A stretch of 64,000 bases of DNA, taken from NCBI GenBank assembly GCA_010093815.1, contig ML996574.1, one strand, 5' to 3'. Made by a program: the position numbers and the translations under genes. This DNA is from Pseudovirgaria hyperparasitica. Taxonomy: Eukaryota. The notes under the pieces were generated by a model that was given only the letters and a program-made list of their open reading frames with translations, was not told the origin of the DNA and searched no databases. Below are positions 13,201-23,929 of this stretch, one piece after another (positions within the stretch are counted from its first letter, which is position 1; the number at the start of each line of letters is the position of its first letter).

Positions 13201-13917
13201 AGAGTAGGATGGGTCTACTTTAACCATTTCCACGTATTTTTAGATAAAGTAGATGGTGCCTTCCTTAAGGGCGGAGTTAAATAGAGAGAATTCCTTTAAT
13301 AATTCTTTACGTAGCGTGGCCTACTACTATTTCTAAAACCTACTTATTCCTTTAATAGTAGGACGGAGATAGTCCTCGTAGTATAACGGTAGGGAGGTTA
13401 TCTTCTTATTAGGCGGAACTTTATAGTTTATATATATGTCCTCGTACTTCCGAAGGAAGGCCGTAATATTTATTCCTTTAAAGCGCTCGGGGGCTAGAGT
13501 AGATAGAGGTACTATCCTTCCTTATCGCGTAAATGCTACGAAGAAGTTAAGTATCTCTCTACGAGTTACTAGGTTATTATTTTAAGCTCCTATCACACTA
13601 TTACTAGTAGTAGATATACTAGTGGAGACGCTAGGGGTAAGGTTATTAGTTAAGGGATTACCTTAACTAAAGGTTGGCCTAATGCGTCTACCTATAACAT
13701 CTATTATCCCTTCTCTATGTTAATTAATCCCTTTATAAGATAAACTATTACTATCGTCTTCATCGATATAAGGTTCATAGTATTCTACTTATATTATTAT
13801 CTTCGTGTAAGGCGTTCCTAAAGTAGTATACTCGTGTAGCCGTGTTTATAAATAATAGCTATAGTAGTACTAAATAGATTATATTTGTCGTTTTTAAACT
13901 CTTCTTTACTACTTCAT
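7290..13917 (-). pseudogene. gag-pol polyprotein of B1 (gag, Zn knuckle, protease, RT, RNase H, integrase); ends approximate
   Basis: Same frame at gag (APERF.G.NITAFLRKYED, ~13490), ORF 10735-10917 and ORF 7408-7602. Protease LFDS[S/G]A ~11395; RT DFFSGYDQI and LFLD[N/D] ~9780-9980; RNase H ~9000-9310; integrase YNP.ANG.IER ~8070-8100. Confidence 0.9.
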
Positions 13918-14174
13918 CTAGCCCTATTTTATATTCTATTCCCCTAAGACATTTTCGAGTCGCGCTATCACCTATATTAGTATACGCATACTTTTTACGG
14001 CTACTTTTAAGAGGCTAGCCCCTAGCGACTCCGGACTCCCTGTTTTCCGGACTCGTGGCTTCGATCTAGTAAGTCTAGACTACCTTATTAGGCACGCTAT
14101 ATACTTCCCCTAAGCTAGTTTCGGAGTCCTAATCTCCCCCTATAAGTTTATAGTCCGGGTATAACCTCTAAAAT

Positions 14175-14547
14175 TATAGTAAGCTATCGCCACGTGTGTC
14201 CCTTTTTATAAATAGCTATATTCTTAGTATAGTAGTCGCGACGAACTCATAAGTATCTCTCCTAGGTATTATAAGTTCTCTTTGAACGTATAACTTCTTA
14301 TTAGTTCTCTTTTACGATAGGACGGGTCTATATAATACTCTTAATTAATTCTTTAATAGCTAAGCCTAATAATTAATATCCATAGAGGCCCATGAACGTA
14401 AGGAAAGGTCGAATCGTCGAATATTAGTAATGGGGGAAGCGTGCCGAGTAGAATGACCGAGGAAAACGCCCTCCTTAAATATACAATAAAGCCATGTAAT
14501 CGAGCTAGGGATACATACATGTAGGGCTATAGGAGCGGCCTTCCATA
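14175..14547 (-). repeat. 5' LTR of B1
   Basis: 373-bp direct repeat of 3133-3505. Confidence 0.95.
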
Positions 14548-17500
14548 TATACCTTATATCTAGATGCCTTTATTCTTTAATAAATCGGATAAGTAGCTAT
14601 CTATTCTTTAATATACTTAGGTATATCTTTCTAAAAATAGTACTAACGAATCGAGCTTAGGGTGCGTATATACCCGAAATATCCTACTAGGTTAGCGTTA
14701 TAGTATCGGCTAACTACGGTAAATCGTATATTATCTATTAGTATATAGTACTTTCTATTATAGTAGAGTAAGCCGTCCATAAAGGTCTACTTATAGTCTA
14801 CTTCGGTCTATAATAATCTATCTTACTATATTTTACGTAACTTTAAAACTATCGGGTCTATCTTTTATAGATCCACGATTAACTAGGCGAGGTCTACTTA
14901 ATATATACGCTAGGCACTATTACTCTCCCTAATAGCGCCGATAAATAGCTTACTAGGAACTTTAGTACCGCGTCTTTAGTTACCGGCTTCGGTCTTATAA
15001 ATTTAATTACTAGTATTAGTGTTAGTATCTCGCTAATCGTTAGATAACTTATTATCTAACCTCGTCCTTAAGAGTTAGGCCTATAGCTACTCTAGGACCC
15101 TATAGCTACTATAATTCTAGGCGCCTTCTTTATAGTTAGGTCTTCTTAACATTCTATTAGCTAGATTTATACTTCTAGATTAATAGTAGATTATAAAGTA
15201 GAAATTTATAAGCTACTTAGCCTATTAAACCTATTAACGATTTAAAACCGTCGTGCTTATAAACCCCTTTAAGTTATAGTAATTAGTTAGTAACTTAACG
15301 TTATATATAGTACCTTTAAGATAATATTACTACTACTTAAACGACTCTACTATTACTAGTAGCTCTTAGTTATAAATAGTATATCTAGTCTTAACGTCGG
15401 CTATCTTACGCGAGAAGAACGTAACTAGATACTATTAGACCTTTTTAGACTCTATTAGTCTAGGCTAGAAGAGTATACCCGAGATTATAAATTCTAATAT
15501 ATTAGTTTCGACGCGAATAGGTTTAGTTAGATTAAAGTATACTAGTAATAGGGCGGTTATAAATGCTTCTTTAATCTTCTCGAAGGATATTCTTTTAACC
15601 TTAGTTAATTTAATAGGTTATAATTTAATATTACGCTATTTCTATCTACTATAGACTATAATAGACGAGTTAGTAGTAGTAGTATACGTATTAAGTAGTG
15701 CGGCTAAACGGGAGAAGTGTTTAATAAATTTTCGGTAGTAGTTAGCGAAGCTAATAAAGACACGTATATCTCAAACGGATTTTAGTTTAGGCTAGTCTAT
15801 AATAGTAGTAACTCTATCTCTCTCTATGGTTATACCTTAATTAGTAATAATAAAGCTAAGAAAGTTAATATAGTCCTAATAGAACTCGTATTTAGATAGC
15901 TTAATATATAGCTTATACTTTTCTAGCCTATCTAGGACTATACGTACGTGCTAGATATGCTTCTCCTCGTTATCTAAGAAGATAAGGATATTATCTAGGT
16001 ACACGATATATATCGTGTCAAGTAGACCTACTAGCGCGTTATTAATATACGCTTAGAAGATACCTAGCGCGTTAGTTAGTCTAAAAGGGACTACGGTATA
16101 CTTAAAGTATCTATAACGGGTCCTAAAAGCCGTTTTCTATTCGTCGCCTTCCTTAATACGAAGGCGATAGTAGGCGTTATATAGATTAAGCTTAGTAAAG
16201 ATCTTTACGCGTTCTAGTCTATTAATAGACTTAGAGATAAGAGGTAGTAGATAACAATTCTTTCATATAATATTATTTAGACTATAGTAGTTAATATATA
16301 GACAGAGGCTTCTATCCTTCTTCTTTATAAAGAGAATTAGAGCTCCGGCTAGGGATATACTAGGCCTAATCTATCCTCGCGTAAGGTTCTTTTCAATATA
16401 TTCTCAAAGGGCGTATAACTTAGATTCTAAAAGAGAGTAGATAGATCTATATAGAGGTTACTAGCCGTCTTTAAGATTAATAGTAAGGTTAGTAGATTAG
16501 TATTAAGGTAGTTCGGAGGAATCGATCGCTAACGCGATATATTAGTATATTTTATACTAATATAGTAGGTTTTCGTCTACTTTAATACTAAGCTTACTAT
16601 TTTATATAAGTAAGAGTACGTAGATAGTAGAGATCGCCTTCTTATAATCTTTCTAGAATTATTCGTCGTTAATAAGCTATACTAGTTCCTATTAAGGTAG
16701 ATTTATACGCTAGCCAGCTATCTTCTTAAGGAAGTCTAGTTTTAGATTATATTTCTTAAGCCACAGTATACCTAGAATTATATTAAAGGGACTATCTACC
16801 ACGATAAAGGTTAAGTAGTAGAGTTTCTATTTCCCTCCGCTATCCTAGATACTATATTTAATAGTATAGATGCTATATAACTTAATAGGACCGTTAATAC
16901 TATGGAACATGGTATCTATTAGAGCTTAGATATCGGCGTTAAGTTCTCGTACTCGTTAGGTTAATATAACGTTAGTAGCCGATCTACTATTAAGTATTAT
17001 AGTCTAATATTATCCACGAGGGACCTTAATAGGTCTAGCCTATAGTTTAATATACTATTTAGCGGATTACCCCTCTATTATAGTCGCGCCTATAAGTCGC
17101 GAGGGTTTCTTATAGACTATTAGTTTTTTATATTCTATACTAGGTAGTTAGGCGCGATATATTCTAGCTACTAGCACTTATAGTATATAACTAGTTAGTT
17201 AGTTATATTAGTACTTAGTAGCTTTCCTAAATAGTACTTAGGTACTATATAGTCTATTCTACTATAGGTATAGTAAGTAACTTTAGATTATTTATATAAG
17301 TCGGTTCTTATATCTCGATATATTAATTAGTAGGGAGATCCACGATACGATCCGCGTGGTTTTGAATTTAAGGCGTGGTAGTAGCCTTATAATATCCCGC
17401 GAGATCTATTACTAAATCGGTTTTAGTTAGATAATTTTATATTAGATTAGATTATTAGGGATAGTCGTGTACTAGCGCGGCGTTAATTATTTATTATACG

Positions 17501-18543
17501 CTAGTATCGCTCCGTAAGGTTTATAAGAGCTTAGAGGTCTATAGAGATTATTATTATAAGGTTAAGATAGTCCTTTATATTTAGGGCGAGGGACCGTTTA
17601 AAGTCGTTATACTATTAAATTATATAATCTTCTTTAGCTTCTCTCTAGAGGGGCCGAAGGTATTTAAGGAGTTATAATAGTAACTAATTATCTCGTTATT
17701 GAGTCTTAAAGATATGGCTCTAGGCCTAGTCGCGTCGTTTAGCCCTATCGCTAAAATATTAGAGGAGAAATTCGGTGAACGTGTCCTAGTTATAGGTATC
17801 CTTAGGATGTTTAATTCGGTATACTATCTAACGTTCTAAAGGCATCGGGTTAAGGTAGTTCTAGGTGAATCTAATTTTATTACTATCGTTCGTAAATAGA
17901 TAGAAGAATTAGCTATATTAGTAAGCCTATACGTGGAAACTCTTTCTACTTTTACTATTAATATAAGATAGTTTCTTAGGTTAGGGTAATTAGAATAGTA
18001 ATAGACTAGAATAAATCGTTTTAGTTGGTATAGATCTATATAAATATAGATTAGTCGTTACTAGATCTAAAGCGCGTAATATAGCTTTAAGTCTCGTAGT
18101 ACGTCCTTAAGCTTCGTCGAGTTCGTATAGTTATTACTTAAGTTAAATCTATTATTACCTCTCTTTATATAGTCTAGTATATATATCGTTATAAGGTATA
18201 GTTAACATTAGGCGATTCTAATAGATTAACTCGTTAACGTTAATAAGGTCTAGCCTTATATTAAGGTTAGGTCTAGTATAGTTCGAACTAGACTAAGATA
18301 GAGTATAATAGACTCTATTCTTATATTCTATAATATCTTCTATAGTTACACGGAATATCGTGCGAGTTATTAGTACGATAGCCTATAAGGTATAGTTATT
18401 AGTAGGGGTAGTTATAGATAGACTATTCTTCTCATTTAGGTTAGAAGAAGGTCTACTATAAGAGGTGGTACGATAGGTGTTATAACGAGTAGTTAGAGCC
18501 ATTTCTATAAACTACTATCGTGCTATATAAAGAGGAATTAAAA

Positions 18544-18783
18544 TATAAGGATTATAGACGTAGGATAGTAGTCTAATAGGTTATAGGAGGATTTGGGAAT
18601 ATATTTAAAAGGGTAGTCTACTCTCTTAATAAGGTTAATTCCTAAAGAGTAGGAATTAAGTATATGCGGTCTACTTATATAGTGGTCTCGCTTATTCTAG
18701 CTGGCTTACCCTAGGTCCACCTGTCACGGACCGTACTAGACCATAGTATTCTAGTTAAGTCCATCCTAGTGTCAGCCCTAACA
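18544..18783 (-). repeat. 5' LTR of A1
   Basis: Minus strand starts TGTTAGG. Shares the core CACTATATAAGTAGACCG...ATTCCTACTC...AGGAATTAACC with the A2 LTRs and is followed by the same TTTTAATTCCTCT leader. Confidence 0.85.
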
Positions 18784-21700
18784 CCCCCCCTTAGGGATAG
18801 TCCCTTTATTCTCTTTTAGTTTATATATTTTACTATTCTTTTATTTATAAAGGAAAGTTTAGTTTATAGCTCTAAGTATAGTTTATATAGTTATTCTACC
18901 TTAATCTTCGCTTTTAGTATAGATTATTCTAGTTTATAATTATAGCTAGCGATAGGGTTAAATCCGTAGTTTGTATAGAATAGTAAGGTTTTAGTTATTA
19001 AGGTTATCGCGCTATTATAGATGAATTAAGCTAGTAGTAGTAGTTCTATCTAATTATCTTATCGTTCGTTAATATAGTATTATAGATATTATTCTAGTAT
19101 TCTATTTAGAATCTCTATTTATCCGTCCGTCTATAGATAATAGGCTATTAATAGTTAGTAGCTTATTCTAAGCTATCGCACTAGGCTTTTCTAAAAGTTT
19201 AATATAAAGAGCTTATCTCTATTAGATATAATACTATTAGATAAACTATAGTTTACTATAACTACTTATAGAAATACGTAGGCTATTTCTTCTATATCTA
19301 TATTCTTTTAATAGGGTATAAAGTAGACGTACTTTATAAGTTTATTAACTACTACTAATATAGTATTATACTATACTTATAAGACTAGTTCTCTTGAGAG
19401 TAGTAGGTCTATTATAAAATCTATAGAGATTATTTCCTAAGTATATAATAGTAGGGGAATTAGTTAGAGTTCTCTATATAGTTTATATCTATTAGATTAG
19501 CTTTTATTATATAGAACATAGTTCTATATAACTTCCTTAATAACTTATCTTTTCTTATAAGTTATATAGTATCTCTTAAATCTTTTATAAGTTTTTATTT
19601 CTCCTTAATATCTATATATTAGATCTTTATAGAGTTCTTTAATAAAATAGTAGACCTTATCTCTAGGGATTATACTTCTTCCCTCGGGGTCTTTAAGTAT
19701 AAATTCTTTTTATATTACTATAATATATTATATTAGTCTAAGGTTTCTATCTTTAGTAACCTCTAATATAGTCTATTCTATAGTAGGTTCTTTTCGCTTA
19801 TATTCTACTTATTAGCTAAGGGCGTTAGCTCTTCCGTTTTTAGATTCTTTATAGTATATAATTTAGATATTAAATTCTATAAAAAGCTTATACTAACTAA
19901 TTTATTTCTTTTATAGTTCCTTCGTTATAGTAAAGGTAGTTAGGTTTTTATAGTTAGTATAGACTTTTACTATATAGTCTAATCTATAGAGATAGCTTCT
20001 CTATTTCTTAAGGTATTTAATTATAGTATAAAGTTCTTTTTTATAGATTAGCTAGTTTATTTCTAATCCTCGGAACTTTCGGGAGTAAAATACTAGAGAA
20101 TATCTTTTCTCTTATTTATCTATCTAGGTTAACTACTCTCTAATAGTAAATTCTAATATATCTATCTTAACTTTATAGGGTTTTTCTATTTAATATATCT
20201 TTAATATAGGTTCGGTTATAATAGACTCTTTTAACTATTAAAATACTTATTCTTACTTTAGTCCCTATTTAAATACTATATTTTTCTTTATAAGCTCGTG
20301 TAGTAGGGCCGTTTTTATAGAATAGTTATATATAAATTTTCTATAAAAGTTTATAAATCCGGTGAATCCTTAGATTTTCTTAACTATCTTAGGTTACTTC
20401 TAGTTTTTAATAGCCTTAATTTTCTTTAGATCTATTTATATTTCTCCGGGTATAATCTTAAATTCTAAAAATATAACTTTCTATATATAGAAGATACTCT
20501 TCTTTAATTCTACTAGTAGATTTACTATCTATAATTTCTAAAGTATCTTATATACCTATTCTCTATACTCTAATAGGTTTCTTAAGTAAATTAATATATT
20601 ATCTAGGTAGACTATTATAAAGTAGTTAAGGTATTCTCTTAGTATATTATTAATTAGTACTTAGAATATAGCTAGTATATTAGTTAGCCTAAATAGCATT
20701 ACTAGATATTTATAGTAGCTATATCGAGTCTAAAAGGCTATTTTCTATTCGTCTCCTTCTACTATATATATAAGATTATAGACTTCTTATAAGTCTATTA
20801 TAGTAAAGTACTAAGCCTCTATAAGTTAGTTCTATAATTTATTAATTTAGGGTAGAGAGTATCTATTTTTAATAGTAATATCGTTTAAGTATCGATAGTC
20901 TATATAGAGTTATTTACTTCTATCTTTCTTTAGTATAAAGAGTATTAGATATTCTATAGGTAATTTAGAGAGTCGGATATATTCTTTTACTTCTATTTTC
21001 TCGATATATTATCGTGTTATTTCTAGTTATTTTTCGGTAAGTTAGTATATACTTTTAAATATAAGTACTATTCCTAGTTAGAGTATTATTATATAATTAT
21101 ATAGGCTACGCTTTAGTAGTCCTATCTTAAGTTCTTCTTTAAAGATAATATAATATTAGTAGTATTCCTTTAGTATAAGTATGTTATTTATTTTTTAAAT
21201 CTATTTATCTATAGGCGTACCTTATTATACTATATATTTCTTATATAAGGATCCGCTCTTTATATTACCTTACTTATTATTAAGCTTCCGAATATAATAG
21301 ATAGACTTTCTAGTTATTAGTACCTTTACGGGTTTATTAATCTCTACTTCTTCTTTAATAGTTTCTAAGTATAAGAATAGGGTTATTAGATAGTAGTATA
21401 ATGGATATAACCAAGGTATTACTACAATGGTAATCAAGATATATTATGATTTAACTTAGAGAGAATAGGGATAAGCCGTATAGTTATAGCTTTAAGTATA
21501 GTCTTAAGCGAGGTCACGTAATACCCCTATACTAGTCTCTATCTATCCCGGCTCCATTATATAATACTAGAGATAAGGTAAAGCCGAAGTCCATAATATA
21601 CCCTTATTCTCTAGGATCGTCCTAGGGACCGGCTTAGTGTTTTATATAATAATAACCGGCTTAGTTAGGTCTTGGGTTTACGGTCTTTATATTATACTAT

Positions 21701-22228
21701 ATAATAACCGTAGAGCTATATATTCCTTCTAGTAAGGTAGTAGCTTTTTATAGTAGCGTCCTAGCGGTCACGTGGTAGAGGTTAGTTCCTTATATCACGG
21801 CGTCATAGGTTATATAATTATAAGGTAGTAGAATCCTATAGTTACGTCGTGGCGGTTATATAGCGGAGGTAGACTTCTCGTATTACGGCGTACCGCGTCG
21901 GGTTATATAAAGGTAGAATAGCCTACGCACGAACCGCGCGTCCCGTTTTATTATTATCCGTTTTAGGACCGGCTACTCTCCGGGCTAGGGGTTATATAGT
22001 AGTAGTAGAGTAGCTTACGCACGACCCGCGTTTATTATTATTATTATCTATTTTAGGACCGGCTCTACCCTAGCCCATACAATTTTCCCTAACGCGAGTA
22101 TATAGGTCCTACGCCTAGCGACTTTCTTCTTTCTTAACTACCCTTACGCCTACTATCTTAATACCGCGTAGTAGCTACCACGATATTAGTAAACTCGCAT
22201 ACCACCTCGTAGCTTCTATACTATTATT

Positions 22229-23692
22229 ATAAGCGCTCTAGGCCTAAATAGTTCTATTATAGAAGCCGGCGCCGTCTCGGCGGTAGCTATAGATACTAGA
22301 GATTAAGACCCTAATAATCGTCGCGCGTCTAGGCGCTAGGAACCAGCCGATCGCACCGTAAGTGGGTCCTATCCCTATACCGTTCCTTATACTAACTAGA
22401 TAGACTATTCCTCCTACCGCACCCCGATAGGCTAAGCCTATTTACTATATAGGGCTATATATTATAGAGGGTAACTCGTTAGAAGACGAGCGTACTAAGT
22501 CCGTGTACTTCGTATATCGTATATATATAAAGGCCCTAGAGAAAACTAGGGTACTTAGGTATATGCCGTCTCTACGCCGTGGCGGCGCCTACTAATCTTA
22601 GAGTGTAGCTATAAGCCTAGCCGTAGTACTAACTATATAAAGTACTATACGTCAAAGGGGACCTACTTATAGAATACTAAGGAGCTCGCTATATACCCGG
22701 CCTTATATAAGGCGTAGAGTCGTCTTAAAAAGTTTATACACGAGTTAGTTAATAATAACTTTAGCTATATAACGGATTATAGTAGTCGCGGCCTAGATCT
22801 AATAAAGCCTTTATCCGGTAAGTAGCCACGTATAAACTCTAAGTTCTACCGCCTATATAAGGACTATAAGTCTAACTTAGAGATTATCTACGTCGTGCGA
22901 TATAACGCTAGTATTATTAGTTAGGCTCCTATAACGCCTTATCGTGGTGCTATAACGTTATTTAAGCCGCCGTATTATAGTAGTAGTAACCGTAGCTAGA
23001 TTAGTAGCGTAATTCACTAGATAAATTAGTATATATCCTATAACGAGGCCTAGATAGGTAAGCTACACACTAGTATCGGCACCTTATAGATATATAAGCT
23101 TTATAAGTCTAAATACCTATTCTAACGCGTAACGTAGGGTACTATATAGTAAGTTACGTCTAGGTTAGCCCGCCTAGCGGAGCTACTATCTTACCGCCTT
23201 ATTACTTAGGTAGTTATAGAGGATAAGGAGCCCTTATTAGGTAGTAGCCGCTTGCGCCGACCCCGGCCTATAGGCTATAGGGAGTCGCCGACTCGGAGCT
23301 CTCGCTATCGCCCTATTAGGCCCCCCCGGCTCCCTATCGCCGCCCCTCCTCGTGAGTCCTCGCCGTCTTATTATTAGCCCTAGACCCCTCCTCGCTACCG
23401 TGACCGCTCCTAGTCCTACGAGCGTTATAGCCGGTCTTCTACCTACCGCGATTAGTCTCCCCGCCGTTATAACTAGTTATATAACTATCGGGACTAGTCG
23501 TACGACCGTCGCCGTCACTCGGGTAGCTATTAGTACCATTCCTATAAGGATCGTTAAGCGTCACGCCGCTATTAGTCGCTAGTCTACCCCCGCTATAACC
23601 CTCCCGCGGATAAGTATAACTCGCCCTTACTACCCGCCTAGATTAATGGCCGCTATTATTATTAGGAGACGGCCTAGAGGAGGACTAGGTAA
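22229..23692 (+). pseudogene. Antisense accessory gene of element D: two introns, Zn2Cys6-like cluster, R/S/P-rich C-terminus
   Basis: Introns 22358-22403 (GTAAGT..ACTAAC..TAG) and 22559-22608 (GT..ACTAAT..TAG) splice into one frame. Reconstructed pattern C-x2-C-x11-C-x7-C-x2-C-x6-C. Confidence 0.65.
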
Positions 23693-23929
23693 CTAACCTT
23701 ATATTAGGATTTACGGATAAGGACGGCACCGGCCCTAGCGCCGTGTAAACCTAGGGTAGGGCTAGGTAAATAACCTTTTTATATCTTAAGGCGGGTGTTA
23801 GTTTATTATTAGGTTATACTAGGTACTAGCGTTTAGCGTTTATTTCTTTCTTTTCTAAAATCTCTACTCTTATATTAGGTTATCGGGGCCGCCGTAGGCC
23901 TATAATAGTAGAGTAATATTACTACTTAG

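Larger units (their letters stand above)
3133..14547 (-). mobile_element. Full-length Ty3/gypsy LTR retrotransposon, family B copy B1 (11,415 bp), single gag-pol frame plus an extra ORF, no chromodomain seen
   Basis: 373-bp direct LTRs at 3133-3505 and 14175-14547. Flanks TATAG / TATAC (5-bp TSD with one mismatch). The host A1 integrase frame (..APRHK|PYGNLQP..) rejoins across the insertion. Confidence 0.96.
1..18783 (-). mobile_element. Ty3/gypsy chromovirus, family A copy A1 (3' end outside window), interrupted by element B1 at 3133-14547
   Basis: 1-3132 and 14548-18543 are colinear with the reverse complement of A2 (54749-61929). Minus-strand remnants: gag start near 18502, protease (ILDSGS-like, ~16990), RT (VYLD[N/D]ILI, ~15985), RNase H, integrase and chromodomain (~2040-2170). 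5' LTR at 18544-18783. Confidence 0.93.

Noticed and set aside
18784..18800. C7 run next to the A1 LTR as a polypurine tract
   Set aside because: It lies outside the 5' LTR and reads as integrase C-terminal coding sequence of element C (..GPSL(R/K)GG..), the insertion target.
23352..23582. 76-aa track ORF as an independent gene
   Set aside because: It is an alternative frame over the GC-rich tail of the longer D antisense ORF.
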